Shown here piece after piece: positions 1 to 8,793 of a DNA stretch of 54,371 nucleotides (position 1 is its first letter; every line of letters begins with the position of its first letter). Below the pieces are notes generated by a model. That model did not search any database. It saw only the letters and a list, made by a program, of their open reading frames with translations, and was not told the origin of the DNA. A program made the position numbers and the translations under genes. Source of the DNA: a virus (lineage: Duplodnaviria > Caudoviricetes); the IMG/VR virus record IMGVR_UViG_3300043758_000010, positions 1 to 54,371 of that record, one strand, 5' to 3'.

Positions 1-71
1 GGGGGGGGGGGGCAGGGGGGGGTGGGTGGGGGGGGGGGGCGGGGGGGGGGGGGCGCCCCCCCCACGGGTGG

Positions 72-299
72 TTACTTGCTGGAGACGTCGTTGACGGCGT
101 CGCTGGCCGTGCGAACGCCGGCGCCCATGACCTCCTGCACCTTGGCGACTCCGGTGGCTCCCCAGGGGGTGGCGACGAGGAGGATCCAGAAGAGGCTGAC
201 GGCAAGGAACTCTCGGCGCTTGAAGCCGGGGTCCTTCTTCATCCAGTACCCGAGGGCTCCGGCGACGAGGAGAAACAGGGCAGTGGTGGTGAGGGTCAT
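72..299 (-). CDS. Small two-TM membrane protein, candidate Spd-like (spread) protein
   Basis: 75 aa with two hydrophobic segments; start overlaps the traB stop (ATGA). Confidence 0.6.
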   Translation of the reverse strand: MTLTTTALFLLVAGALGYWMKKDPGFKRREFLAVSLFWILLVATPWGATGVAKVQEVMGAGVRTASDAVNDVSSK

Positions 300-2848
300 G
301 ACGCGCTCCTGGTGTCTACGAGGGGGCTTTCGAGGGGGGCGGCGGTGTGCCAGTCACGCTCGACCTTGCGGAGCTTGTCGAGGCGCTGCAGGCGAGCGGT
401 GGCGTTGGCGACGTTGGTGGGCTTGAGACCGGTTACGTCAGAGATGGCTTTGTTGCGGCGGGCGCCGTCGTCCACTGCGCGCCAGACAAGCTGTGAGCGC
501 GTGAGCGGCACCAGCTCATCGAGGTCTTCGTCGTCGACGTCGGCGGCCGTGGCGGACGCCAGGTCAATAACCGTCTTCCGCACGGCCGGCTTGCCTGTGG
601 CGAGCTCTCGCAGAAAGGCCTCTTCGTCTGCGGCGTCGAGGTGCCGGTACTCGTCGCGCCGGAGGTAGGCGATGCCCGCAGCGTCGCCTTCGGCGCTGGT
701 CAGCGTCTCCAGAGGGAACTGGCGGCTGACGCGGGCCGGATTGGTGTGGAAGGCGGCCCTCGACTGGGTGTACTGGTCCTTGCCGTCGGCGATGTAGAAG
801 ACGCCGCCGGTTTCGGAGCCGTCGGGGAACCGTTCGGGGAGCGGTTCGAGGCGGAATTTGGGGGTGCGGGAGCCGAGGCTCATGACGTCGACGTCGGCTC
901 GGGCGGTCCTGAACAGGGCGATGTTCCCGGACTGGAGCATGTCGCGGATCGCGCTGGCGCTGTTGTCGGATCCGAGGGAGTCCAGGTTGGGGATCTGGAC
1001 CCAGATGCGTGCGGCGATCCCGGCGGCGCGGGAGAGCCGGCCGACGCTGGAGACCGATCGCAGGAGCGGCTTAACGTGGTCCGCCTGTGGGTCCTTGAGG
1101 ATCATCTCGTTGAATTCGTCCCAGGTGACCACCATCGGGGCGAACGGCTCCCCGGGGACGAAGAAGGACCGGCCGTTCTCGGTGTAGCCCTCGGCGTCGA
1201 GCCACCGCATGGTCATCTGCTGGGCGTAGCGGTACTCGCTGACGCGGTTGGCGGCCTGGCCCATGACCATCGCTCCGTAGGCGGACTTCACGATCCAGTC
1301 GATGTCGTTCGTCCAGGGGGCGTATCCGGCGCCGCCCTTGCCGTCGGCCAGCCAGGAGACGAACCCGTTCGCGCGCTGGGCGATCTGCAGGTCTTCCTCA
1401 AGGCTGGTCTTGCCGGCGCCGGTGGCTCCGGAACCGAAGGCGTGGACGGCGCTGGCTGAGGGGCGACCGGACAGGCCGCGGCGCTTGGGGTCGAACTTGA
1501 GCAGCCGCCATCGGGTGGGGTTGCCGTAGATGTCCCTGCCGACGGTGATGTAGCCCTGGTCGTCCATGAGGAGGCCGTCCAGGTCCAGGGGCACGCCTGA
1601 CTGGAGGGGGTTGGTGGTCATCTCGTTGACTTCGATGCGTCGGGCGTCGAGGACGCGGAGGTGGAGTCGGGAGGCTGCTCCTTCGCCCTTCAGGTCGAGG
1701 GCCTGGGCGATGCTGCCGGCCTGGACGTCGGCGACGCCGGATCCGCGGCGGGGCATCAGGAGCTTGAAGCGGCGCCCGTGCTGGGTGCGCTCGACGTCGT
1801 ACAGCTCGCTTCCGTTGTAGGGGTTGTACTCCTGCCAGACGGCCGGCAGGTCGTTCTCGTCCAGCTCTCCGGCCGCGACGGCCCGCAGGCGGACGGTGAG
1901 CTTGGCCCGGGTCGCGGCCATGTCGTCGGGCCGGTAGATGTTGACGGCCCGCGGCGGGACCTCAAATGCGATCGAGATGGCGTCCTGGCCGACGCTGAGG
2001 GCCGGCTTGGCGGTGGTGGAGACGATGACGGCGGTGAGCCTGTCGTCGTCCAGGTGCAGGCCGACGAGGCGCGAATCCGGCAGGGGTCCGCGGTCGCAGG
2101 CGATCCACTCATTCCAGCGGGCGAGGTACCAGTCGATACCGACGGGCGGAGCCTGCTCTAGGGCAGCGGCGGGGGCCGGCTTGGCCCACACCCAGGCGCC
2201 CCAGGTAGCCGCGACAGAGCCAACGAGGAGGTGTGCCCACCAGGGCATTTCCAGGTAGCCGGTGGCCGGGATGACGGCGGCCGGCCCGGCACGAAGCGCC
2301 ATCTCGGCCGGGGTGTAGCGCCGCCACCAGCCGGTACCCCAGTCGGGCAGGGCCTTCTGCCATGCGTTGCGCAGGAGCCGGCAGTGGGTGCGGTGGGCCT
2401 CGGCGGTCGCCTTGCGGACCAGGGCGGGACGGTCAGCTTGCCCGTACCAGCCGGCCGCCACGGTCAGGGTGGGCGTCAGCAGGCCGTCCTTGCCGACGTT
2501 CATCTGAGGGGTAGGGGTGCTGGCGAGGCGGCGACGCATGCGCCGCACGGTGCGCCGGTAGCGGCGACCGCTGGCGCGGCACATCCACTCCCACGGCTCC
2601 CCCTGACCGGGCAGCCAGCGCCACGGGCCGGGGTTCACCCCGAGCGCGGCCCAGCCAGCGGCGGCGCCGATGCCAGCAGCGGTGGCGGCGAGAAGAGGGG
2701 TGCCGGACATCGCGGGCGCGGTCAGAGCCAGTCCGGCACCCAGGTACATGCCGGGGTTGCTGACGGCGCCGAGCTTGGCGCGTATCCCCGTCGGTGCCTG
2801 CGGGGTCTCTTTCTCGGTGGTCGGTTTGGGTACGGTCGCTGTCGCCAT
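296..2848 (-). CDS. traB: FtsK/SpoIIIE-like conjugative DNA translocase (TraB)
   Basis: Start reassigned to MATATVPK. N-terminal TM segments, Walker A GATGAGKT, DGKGG motif, Walker B VVTWDEF, SRAAGI arginine-finger region, C-terminal winged-helix-like segment (LVWRAVDDG...NVANATARLQRLDKL). Confidence 0.88.
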   Translation of the reverse strand: MATATVPKPTTEKETPQAPTGIRAKLGAVSNPGMYLGAGLALTAPAMSGTPLLAATAAGIGAAAGWAALGVNPGPWRWLPGQGEPWEWMCRASGRRYRRTVRRMRRRLASTPTPQMNVGKDGLLTPTLTVAAGWYGQADRPALVRKATAEAHRTHCRLLRNAWQKALPDWGTGWWRRYTPAEMALRAGPAAVIPATGYLEMPWWAHLLVGSVAATWGAWVWAKPAPAAALEQAPPVGIDWYLARWNEWIACDRGPLPDSRLVGLHLDDDRLTAVIVSTTAKPALSVGQDAISIAFEVPPRAVNIYRPDDMAATRAKLTVRLRAVAAGELDENDLPAVWQEYNPYNGSELYDVERTQHGRRFKLLMPRRGSGVADVQAGSIAQALDLKGEGAASRLHLRVLDARRIEVNEMTTNPLQSGVPLDLDGLLMDDQGYITVGRDIYGNPTRWRLLKFDPKRRGLSGRPSASAVHAFGSGATGAGKTSLEEDLQIAQRANGFVSWLADGKGGAGYAPWTNDIDWIVKSAYGAMVMGQAANRVSEYRYAQQMTMRWLDAEGYTENGRSFFVPGEPFAPMVVTWDEFNEMILKDPQADHVKPLLRSVSSVGRLSRAAGIAARIWVQIPNLDSLGSDNSASAIRDMLQSGNIALFRTARADVDVMSLGSRTPKFRLEPLPERFPDGSETGGVFYIADGKDQYTQSRAAFHTNPARVSRQFPLETLTSAEGDAAGIAYLRRDEYRHLDAADEEAFLRELATGKPAVRKTVIDLASATAADVDDEDLDELVPLTRSQLVWRAVDDGARRNKAISDVTGLKPTNVANATARLQRLDKLRKVERDWHTAAPLESPLVDTRSAS

Positions 2849-2918
2849 CGGGATTCTCCGGGTCTGCGGTGGTGGAGGGCGGGCCACGCCCATGGCCCGC
2901 CCTCGTGCTGTCGGTGGG

Positions 2919-3299
2919 TCAGCGACGCTGGTTGAAGACGGGTTCGGCCATCTGCACCGAGTGGGTGCGGTTGGCATCGGCCATCCGGCCGTGCTGGCCT
3001 TCCGTCTCGCCGGCCAGGCCCTGGGCTGCGGTGGCGAGGGCGTCGGAGGCGGAGACGATCGCGGCGACACTGCCCGCCATGGCGTGGGAGATCGTCGAGA
3101 TCTCCATGTAGGCCGTGGTCGTGGGTTCGTCGACACTCAGCACGGTCATGGCCTCGGACAGGTAGCGGGCGGATGCGGCCCGGTCCTCAAATCGGTCGTG
3201 CATACGCTCGACGGCCTGTCGGGTGCGGGTGGCGCGGATGCCGTAGGCGGCGGCCCGGGCCATGACGGCCGCGTAGGTGATGGTTGTCCCGATGGACAT
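2919..3299 (-). CDS. TraA-like helical transfer accessory protein
   Basis: 126 aa, Ala-rich helical, ends HGRMADAN...MAEPVF; directly upstream of traB. Confidence 0.55.
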   Translation of the reverse strand: MSIGTTITYAAVMARAAAYGIRATRTRQAVERMHDRFEDRAASARYLSEAMTVLSVDEPTTTAYMEISTISHAMAGSVAAIVSASDALATAAQGLAGETEGQHGRMADANRTHSVQMAEPVFNQRR

Positions 3300-3301
3300 G
3301 G

Positions 3302-4396
3302 TCAGGCTCCCTGAGTCTCGTAGACGTCAGCGTGGGCTGTGGTGTCCTCGGCATCGACGGCGTCGCTGACGTAGAAGGGCCGCTCGGCGACGGACTCCAT
3401 ATCGGCGGCGATCTCGGCGTACACGCCCTGGCCGGCCTCCAGGAGCTTCTTCGCCTTCACGACGGCCTCGTCCTGGGCGTAGGTGTGCTGCTTGAGGTGC
3501 TGCAGCTGGCTGTTGATCAGCTGGTACTGCTCCATGCAGCGAGCAACCCAGCCGATGACCCTCTCTCCGGCTCCGGCGTTGCGGAGGGCCGCGATGAGTT
3601 CGTCGGCGCGGCCGATCTCCCGCTCGCAGCGTTCCTGGAGGCGGTCGTAGACGGCGAGGTCGTCGTCGCACATGAGCGACAGCTCTTCGCTTTCGTCCCT
3701 GACGGATTCGTAGGTGACTTCGGAGGCCATGCGGCCGACTCCGTTCTCGCCTGGCTGGGTGGGGGTGGTTGTGACGTCCGGCTCGGGGCCGGGGGCCGCC
3801 GGCTCGCGGGGGGCGGGGACAGTGGCGGCGCCGGGAAGGTCGGCTGCTGTCTCCGGCTGGTTGGGGGCCGCCGGAGGGGGGCTGGCGACGGTCTTCTCCG
3901 GCTCTCGCTCCCCGGCCTCGGCTGCCTCGCTGCCGACGGGCTTGGAGAGCGTGACTCCGGCTTCAGCGCCCACGGGGGGCGCTTCGGTCGGCATCGGAGG
4001 GCTCACGGGCGGGGTGGTGATCGGCGCGGGGTCGGGAGCGCCCTCCGCCATGCGGCGGTTGCGGTACTCCTTCAGGGCCGAGCGGCCGGTGTCGCGGACC
4101 CAGTACACGCCCTTGGCCGCCCAGTTCCCCAGGTGGCGGCCGGCCGGGGTGGCGACTCGCTCCAGTGGGGTGTGGCCGCGGTAGCCGGCCCGGAAGGCTT
4201 CGGGGATCGTGATCGGATTCCCCTTGTCGTCCTTGGGGTTTTCGCCGTGCTTGTCGGCGATCTTCCGGACGGCCTTCTCGTGGCGGACCTGTTCGCGCCG
4301 TAAATCGCGCTCGGCCGGGCTGATACCCAGCCGCGCTTGCTCGCTCTGCGCTCCTGCAGCCCATGCCAGGAGGCAGGCGGCGATCAGAACTTCCAT
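3302..4396 (-). CDS. Transfer accessory protein (hydrophobic N-terminus, Pro-rich linker, helical C-terminal domain)
   Basis: 364 aa; RBS GAGAGGAAG; C-terminal AERPFY resembles the AEPVF end of the next gene; TTA codon at Leu32. Confidence 0.65.
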   Translation of the reverse strand: MEVLIAACLLAWAAGAQSEQARLGISPAERDLRREQVRHEKAVRKIADKHGENPKDDKGNPITIPEAFRAGYRGHTPLERVATPAGRHLGNWAAKGVYWVRDTGRSALKEYRNRRMAEGAPDPAPITTPPVSPPMPTEAPPVGAEAGVTLSKPVGSEAAEAGEREPEKTVASPPPAAPNQPETAADLPGAATVPAPREPAAPGPEPDVTTTPTQPGENGVGRMASEVTYESVRDESEELSLMCDDDLAVYDRLQERCEREIGRADELIAALRNAGAGERVIGWVARCMEQYQLINSQLQHLKQHTYAQDEAVVKAKKLLEAGQGVYAEIAADMESVAERPFYVSDAVDAEDTTAHADVYETQGA

Positions 4397-4429
4397 CGCT
4401 TCCTCTCACGTTCCGCGACGGGAGGGGGT

Positions 4430-4510
4430 GAACGAGCGTCTCGTGCGCGCACGTGCGCGCGTAGCACAAGAACGAGTTCACGTCTTCCCGGGTGAATGAA
4501 CGAGTGAATG
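4430..4510. promoter_or_regulatory. Repeat-rich intergenic region upstream of the tra genes
   Basis: GAACGAG at 4430, 4470 and 4498; GTGAATGA twice; palindromic GTGCGCGCAC. Confidence 0.4.
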
Positions 4511-4511
4511 A

Positions 4512-4700
4512 CTACTTTGCGTAGCGGTCGTGGATGGCCTGGAGGGCATCCGCGATCTCGCGCCAGGCGCGGTTCGCGACGACGGGGTCGAGTTCGCGAA
4601 GGGTTCCGCGAAGCCGGTCCATCCGGCGGACGGCGCCTTCCTTCGGGGACTTGGCGTCCCGTCGCTTGAGCTCCTTGGCCCAGTACGCGGATCCGCCCAT
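4512..4700 (-). CDS. Small basic helical hypothetical protein
   Basis: MGGSAYWAKELKRR..., 62 aa, preceded by GGAGG. Confidence 0.65.
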   Translation of the reverse strand: MGGSAYWAKELKRRDAKSPKEGAVRRMDRLRGTLRELDPVVANRAWREIADALQAIHDRYAK

Positions 4701-4882
4701 GATCGTCCTCCGTTTCCAGCTCTGAGGTGGAGGCCTTCCGGGTCTGCTTGCCGGGTCTGCGAGAGTTCCGCTCACCGGGGTCACTCGTCGTCTGGCCTGC
4801 GTTGTTGCGGTTTCGACTGCTCCGGCAGTCGCAGCAAGGTCCAGCGGCGGACCGCTGGGCCTCACTGGTGGTGCCGGAGATG

Positions 4883-5986
4883 TCAGGCGGGTACGGCTTC
4901 GGCTTCGCGGGTCTCGATCTCGCCCCAGATGCGCCGGATGCGCCCCTCGCGAGACTGGAAGCCGGCCTTACGGAAGGCGTCCTGCGCCTGCCGGTACGAG
5001 CGAGGCGGCTCCATCGTGTAGCGGAGCCAGCGAAGGACAACTTCGAGCTGCCCATCGGACAGGTGCATGCTCTTCTTGGGGGTCTCGACGCCAGCTGCCT
5101 GGGCGAGCTCCTCCAGGGTCATGGCGCCCTCGACGGGGACCTGCTGGACGTCCAAGTCCGCGTCCGATTCGTCCGGGGTCACGAGCTGGGTGGTCACACC
5201 CTCGATTTCCGGGATGACCTGTGTGACCACAGCGTGACCACCCAGCTCGGGCGAGGTGTGACCGTCGGCTGTGACCATCGGGCGTGACCCGACACTCAGG
5301 AGCTCCCGCTTCATGAAGGCAGCGGCTTTCGTGCCGTGCTTCTTGTCGGCCGCCTCCAGGGTCGCCTCGGCCTTCGCTCGGGCTGCATCGATCTCAGCCT
5401 GGGCCTTGGTCAGGACTTCAGCACGTGCGATTTGGCGGCGCAGTTCGGCGCGGTGCTCGGCAGTCTCGGCGAGGACTTCGGTGTGGGCTTCCGATTCCAG
5501 GTGCCGGGCGTGAGATGCGGCCAGGGCGCGGGCGTTGCGGTCCTCGGCGGAACGCTCGGCGATCTCGGCCGCCGTCGTAGGGTCCGCTAGGACGTTTCCG
5601 GCGAACAGTCGCAGCCCCATGAACAGCGCCGCGGCGGCCGGGACGCCGGCGAACACCTGGGCGTGCCCGAGCTTCCACAGGGTGTAGGTGGACGCCGCAA
5701 TGGCAATAGCCGTCAGGCTGAAAAAGACAGCCATGCCAACCGCCGACCGCAGGCGGATCGCAACCTCGGACATTCGCAGGGAGCCGATCCACAGGGCGTC
5801 GTAGACCAGGGCGATCGACCACGCGGCGATGGTGGCCAGGTCGCCGTGCAGGCCGAGCTTCTGGCCGAGCTGGCTTCCGACCGTGGCGGCGACGAGGACG
5901 AGGGCAGCGATGGTGAGGAACGTCTCGACAATGCCGAACGGGTTGAGGCGGCGAACGCGCGCCCACATCCTCTTGATGGTTTCCAT
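4883..5986 (-). CDS. SpdB-like integral membrane spread protein (about 4 TM, coiled coil, C-terminal putative HTH)
   Basis: Hydrophobic N-terminal half, Ala/Glu coiled coil, C-terminal SYRQAQDAFRKAGFQSREGRIRRIW; strong RBS AAGGAGG. Confidence 0.7.
   Translation of the reverse strand: METIKRMWARVRRLNPFGIVETFLTIAALVLVAATVGSQLGQKLGLHGDLATIAAWSIALVYDALWIGSLRMSEVAIRLRSAVGMAVFFSLTAIAIAASTYTLWKLGHAQVFAGVPAAAALFMGLRLFAGNVLADPTTAAEIAERSAEDRNARALAASHARHLESEAHTEVLAETAEHRAELRRQIARAEVLTKAQAEIDAARAKAEATLEAADKKHGTKAAAFMKRELLSVGSRPMVTADGHTSPELGGHAVVTQVIPEIEGVTTQLVTPDESDADLDVQQVPVEGAMTLEELAQAAGVETPKKSMHLSDGQLEVVLRWLRYTMEPPRSYRQAQDAFRKAGFQSREGRIRRIWGEIETREAEAVPA
5177..5289. repeat. GTGACC repeat cluster with a 16-bp inverted repeat; candidate clt/TRS locus
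   Basis: 8-mers ending GTGACC start at 5221, 5232, 5256, 5269, 5282; inverted GGTCAC at 5177 and 5192; inverted repeat 5182-5197/5234-5249. Confidence 0.6.
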
Positions 5987-6019
5987 GATTCCTCCTTGGC
6001 CTTCCGGCCGTCGCAGGGG

Positions 6020-6277
6020 TCAGGCAGCGGTCGGGAGGTCGGTGATGCCGAGCTCGTCCAGCAGCGGGCTGCAGTCCGGGTTCGCCTCGTCGTAGGCGCC
6101 AGCCTCCAGCCAGATGAACGCGGCCTCGTCCCAGTCCTTGGCAAGGACGGCCTCGAAGTAGCGCCGGACGACGCCCGCGCGGTACTCGTGCTCCATCCAG
6201 GCGGCCTCGATCTCGGACTCGGTGACCTCGATCTCGTTCTCGGTCGGCTGCTTGAGGGCGGTGACGGTGGCGTACAT
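6020..6277 (-). CDS. Acidic hypothetical protein
   Basis: MYATVTALKQ..., RBS AAGGA. Confidence 0.65.
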   Translation of the reverse strand: MYATVTALKQPTENEIEVTESEIEAAWMEHEYRAGVVRRYFEAVLAKDWDEAAFIWLEAGAYDEANPDCSPLLDELGITDLPTAA

Positions 6278-6344
6278 GACTGTGGTCCTTCCGTTGGTCA
6301 AGCGGGGTGAGGTGCAAGGTGAAGGGCGCGACTGCGGATGGCTC

Positions 6345-6551
6345 TTAAACCGCACGGCAGCCGCTGGCGTGCCGCTGCGCCCAGTCCTTGGCCGCGGCCT
6401 CGCGCACGTTGTAGGGGGCGTAGGTGGTGTTGCAGCCCCGGCAGATGGAGCTGTAGCCGCGCAGTTCGCGCACCACGTCGACAGTGAGTCGGTTGTTGCG
6501 CATCAGCGCGCCGGCCTGCGTCAGGTACCGGGCGATCGGGGTGGTGGCCAT
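6345..6551 (-). CDS. Small putative zinc-binding protein (paralog A)
   Basis: PIARYLT...CRGC...WAQRHASGCRAV. Confidence 0.7.
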   Translation of the reverse strand: MATTPIARYLTQAGALMRNNRLTVDVVRELRGYSSICRGCNTTYAPYNVREAAAKDWAQRHASGCRAV

Positions 6552-6566
6552 GAGAGTCTCCTTCGG

Positions 6567-6953
6567 TTAGCGGGTGATGACGGGCTTGGTCAGGTCACGG
6601 TGCTGGAGCTGGACCTGGAGGCCGCGGCGGGTGATGCGCCGGGCGAGGTAGTGGGCGAAGGTCGCACTCCTGTGCCTGCCTCCGACGCAGCCCACGGCGA
6701 TGGTGATCTGGCCGGCGGAGGGGCCCTGGCGGTAGGCGACGACCTGTCGGACGGTCGCCTTCATGAGCGGCCGGATGCCGGGAGTGCGGAGGACGGCCAC
6801 GCGGACAGGGCGGTCGGCTGCGGTCATGTAGCGGAGGCGCGGATCAACGTGCGGATCCTTGAAGGCGAAGCGGAGGTCGAGAGTGATCGTCGCCTCAGGT
6901 GGGGCGCCGTAGCCGTACCCGAAGGACACGACCACGACATCAACGCCGGTCAC
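6567..6953 (-). CDS. Stand-alone RapZ C-terminal domain protein
   Basis: SFGYGYGAP, DLR...DPH, IAVGCVGGRHRS and HRDL motifs typical of the RapZ/YvcJ C-terminal domain; no kinase domain. Confidence 0.85.
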   Translation of the reverse strand: MTGVDVVVVSFGYGYGAPPEATITLDLRFAFKDPHVDPRLRYMTAADRPVRVAVLRTPGIRPLMKATVRQVVAYRQGPSAGQITIAVGCVGGRHRSATFAHYLARRITRRGLQVQLQHRDLTKPVITR

Positions 6954-7153
6954 CGGACGGCCCGGCAGGCATTGGCGTGCTTCTCGGCCCACGCCGTGGC
7001 CCGGGGCGCGGAGTCCTCGGTGAGCCCGGCGCACCCATTGCAGGTCGCCCTGACCAGCCCGTTCGGACGGTCGGTGAGGTCGACGGTCAAGCTGCGATCC
7101 CCGGTGATCTCGCCGCCCTTGGTCAGGTAGCGAGTGATCGGCTTGTTGGACAC
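6950..7153 (-). CDS. Small putative zinc-binding protein (paralog B)
   Basis: PITRYLT...CNGC...WAEKHANACRAVR. Confidence 0.7.
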   Translation of the reverse strand: MSNKPITRYLTKGGEITGDRSLTVDLTDRPNGLVRATCNGCAGLTEDSAPRATAWAEKHANACRAVR

Positions 7154-7172
7154 GGGTTCTCCTTGGCGGTGG

Positions 7173-7358
7173 TCAGGCGGCGTGGTTGTTGAGGTAGGCG
7201 AGGATGTTCGCGGGGTGCAGGTCGGCGTTGTCGACGAGGGTGATCGCCTCGTCGTCGCCGGCGTCCAGGCCGTCGGCGATGGCGCGGAGGCCACGGGCCT
7301 GCTCCTTGAAGTCGAGCGGCCAGGGCGATGCGGGGACGGGGGACTTGAAGAGGGGCAT
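7173..7358 (-). CDS. Hypothetical protein
   Basis: 61 aa, RBS GAGGAG, in operon. Confidence 0.6.
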   Translation of the reverse strand: MPLFKSPVPASPWPLDFKEQARGLRAIADGLDAGDDEAITLVDNADLHPANILAYLNNHAA

Positions 7359-7375
7359 GCCGTACTCCTCTGTGG

Positions 7376-7579
7376 TCAGTGGTTGGCGTGGATGGTGTCG
7401 ATGAGCAGATCGGCCTGCTCGGCGGCAATGCCGTACACGGCCTGCAGCGCAGTCGACGGGACCTGGGCAGCCTTGGCGGCTTCCTGGCAGATGGTCATGG
7501 CAGCCGGGTAGGTCACGGCGGCGGTCTGCCGGTGCTCCCGGGCCTCAGCCCGGTACGCCTCCGGAGTCGCGTGCTGCAT
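7376..7579 (-). CDS. Hypothetical protein
   Basis: MQHATPEAY..., in operon. Confidence 0.55.
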   Translation of the reverse strand: MQHATPEAYRAEAREHRQTAAVTYPAAMTICQEAAKAAQVPSTALQAVYGIAAEQADLLIDTIHANH

Positions 7580-7586
7580 GACGGCC

Positions 7587-7748
7587 TCAGCCGCGGTTGG
7601 TGTGCGGGCCGGCGCCGGTCGCGGAACCCAGCTGGTCACGCTGCGCGCCCGCGCTGACGGCCGCCTGCTGCGGGGTCCGGTACTCGGCAGCGCAGGCCGC
7701 CGGGGTCGCCGGCTGGTCCACGATGGAGTGCTGCTGCTGGTCGGCCAT
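7587..7748 (-). CDS. Small hypothetical protein (53 aa; not in ORF track)
   Basis: MADQQQHSIVDQPATPAACAAEY...; TGATG coupling to upstream gene, GGAGG RBS. Confidence 0.5.
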   Translation of the reverse strand: MADQQQHSIVDQPATPAACAAEYRTPQQAAVSAGAQRDQLGSATGAGPHTNRG

Positions 7749-7999
7749 CACGGCCTCCCGAGCGGCTGCTCAGTGCCCGCGGCCGCCGTCTCGAAGGCGA
7801 TACGGGCCGCCTGCTGGTACTGCGGGAGAGAGATCGGCGCGATCCCCGGCTGAGCGAGGATCTGCACGATGCGGGCGACAATGCCGTCACCGCGGCACTC
7901 CTCAGCACGGGCGGTGCAAAGGCCGCCGGCCTCGAAGAACGCGATCCGCGCCCGGCGCATCTCGTCGCCCCAGTTCCAGGGCTGTTCGGCGACCATCAC
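7748..7999 (-). CDS. Hypothetical protein
   Basis: 83 aa, translationally coupled on both sides. Confidence 0.55.
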   Translation of the reverse strand: MMVAEQPWNWGDEMRRARIAFFEAGGLCTARAEECRGDGIVARIVQILAQPGIAPISLPQYQQAARIAFETAAAGTEQPLGRP

Positions 8000-8544
8000 G
8001 ACACCTCCGCCACGAGACGCAGCAGACCAGCCAGCTCACCGATCGACACCCTGGACAGCAGCCGCGCCACGGTGTCGACCGTGTCCGCGACCAGCACGTC
8101 CGCCTGCCGACGGGCCACGTACACGCGGTTCCTGGCCTCCGACAGACGACGCTCGGCGTCCTCACGGGCCTCGTGCGTGGCCTGCGACGGCTCCGCGAAC
8201 AGGATCCGATCACGCACACGCTCGGCAATCGTGGCGACCCGCTGCAGCGGGGCGAGACGCTCCGCGGCCGCCCGACGCAGGAAGAACCAGACGATTCGCT
8301 CGTCGGCCGGACGGTCGGCGGGGAGGGTCGAGGCCTCCGCGATAGCGGCCGCCGTGAACAGCAGGTCCTGCGCCGACGGAGCCAGCCGGCCGAAGCCGTG
8401 CCGCACCTCCAGCTGGGCCAGACGCTGCTGCGGGGACGGGATGGGCACGAACGGGCCGGAGCCGGTCTTGCGACCCGCAGCGACCAGACGGCGAGACGGG
8501 GTGGACTGCTCCGGCGCGCGCCGGGCTACAGTGATCTCAGCCAT
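7996..8544 (-). CDS. First gene of the leftward transfer-region operon, hypothetical
   Basis: Start MAEITVARR with GGGAG RBS. Confidence 0.55.
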   Translation of the reverse strand: MAEITVARRAPEQSTPSRRLVAAGRKTGSGPFVPIPSPQQRLAQLEVRHGFGRLAPSAQDLLFTAAAIAEASTLPADRPADERIVWFFLRRAAAERLAPLQRVATIAERVRDRILFAEPSQATHEAREDAERRLSEARNRVYVARRQADVLVADTVDTVARLLSRVSIGELAGLLRLVAEVS

Positions 8545-8680
8545 GAGGGTCTCCCTAAAGACGCTCTGGTTAGGCCCTGGCCTGGGAGTGGAGTCCCGGT
8601 GCTGGGGCCGTTCTGTTTTCGGTTGCGCTGTGCCGGTGGAGCGGCACGTTGAGGCTTTCAGCGGTGGAGCGCCGTTTGCT

Positions 8681-8763
8681 TCAACCCCATATTGAAGGCG
8701 CGGGAAGCGCCGTGTCAAGCACTCTCCGCAACTTCCCCAACACCGCCTCAACCGGGCATTGAA
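8681..8763. promoter_or_regulatory. Two operator-like palindromes TCAACC-N4-ATTGAA in a divergent promoter region
   Basis: TCAACCCCATATTGAA 8681-8696 and TCAACCGGGCATTGAA 8748-8763. Confidence 0.65.
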
Positions 8764-8793
8764 TCCGGACAGACGCACCCCTACCCTGACCCC

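Noticed and set aside
1-63. Poly-G tract as a G-quadruplex, telomere or cos feature, and ORF 22..426
   Set aside because: Low-complexity contig end typical of sequencing artefacts; cannot be trusted
296-4396. Type VII secretion system
   Set aside because: Single ATPase domain with a wHTH-like tail fits TraB; no EccB, EccD, mycosin or WXG motif
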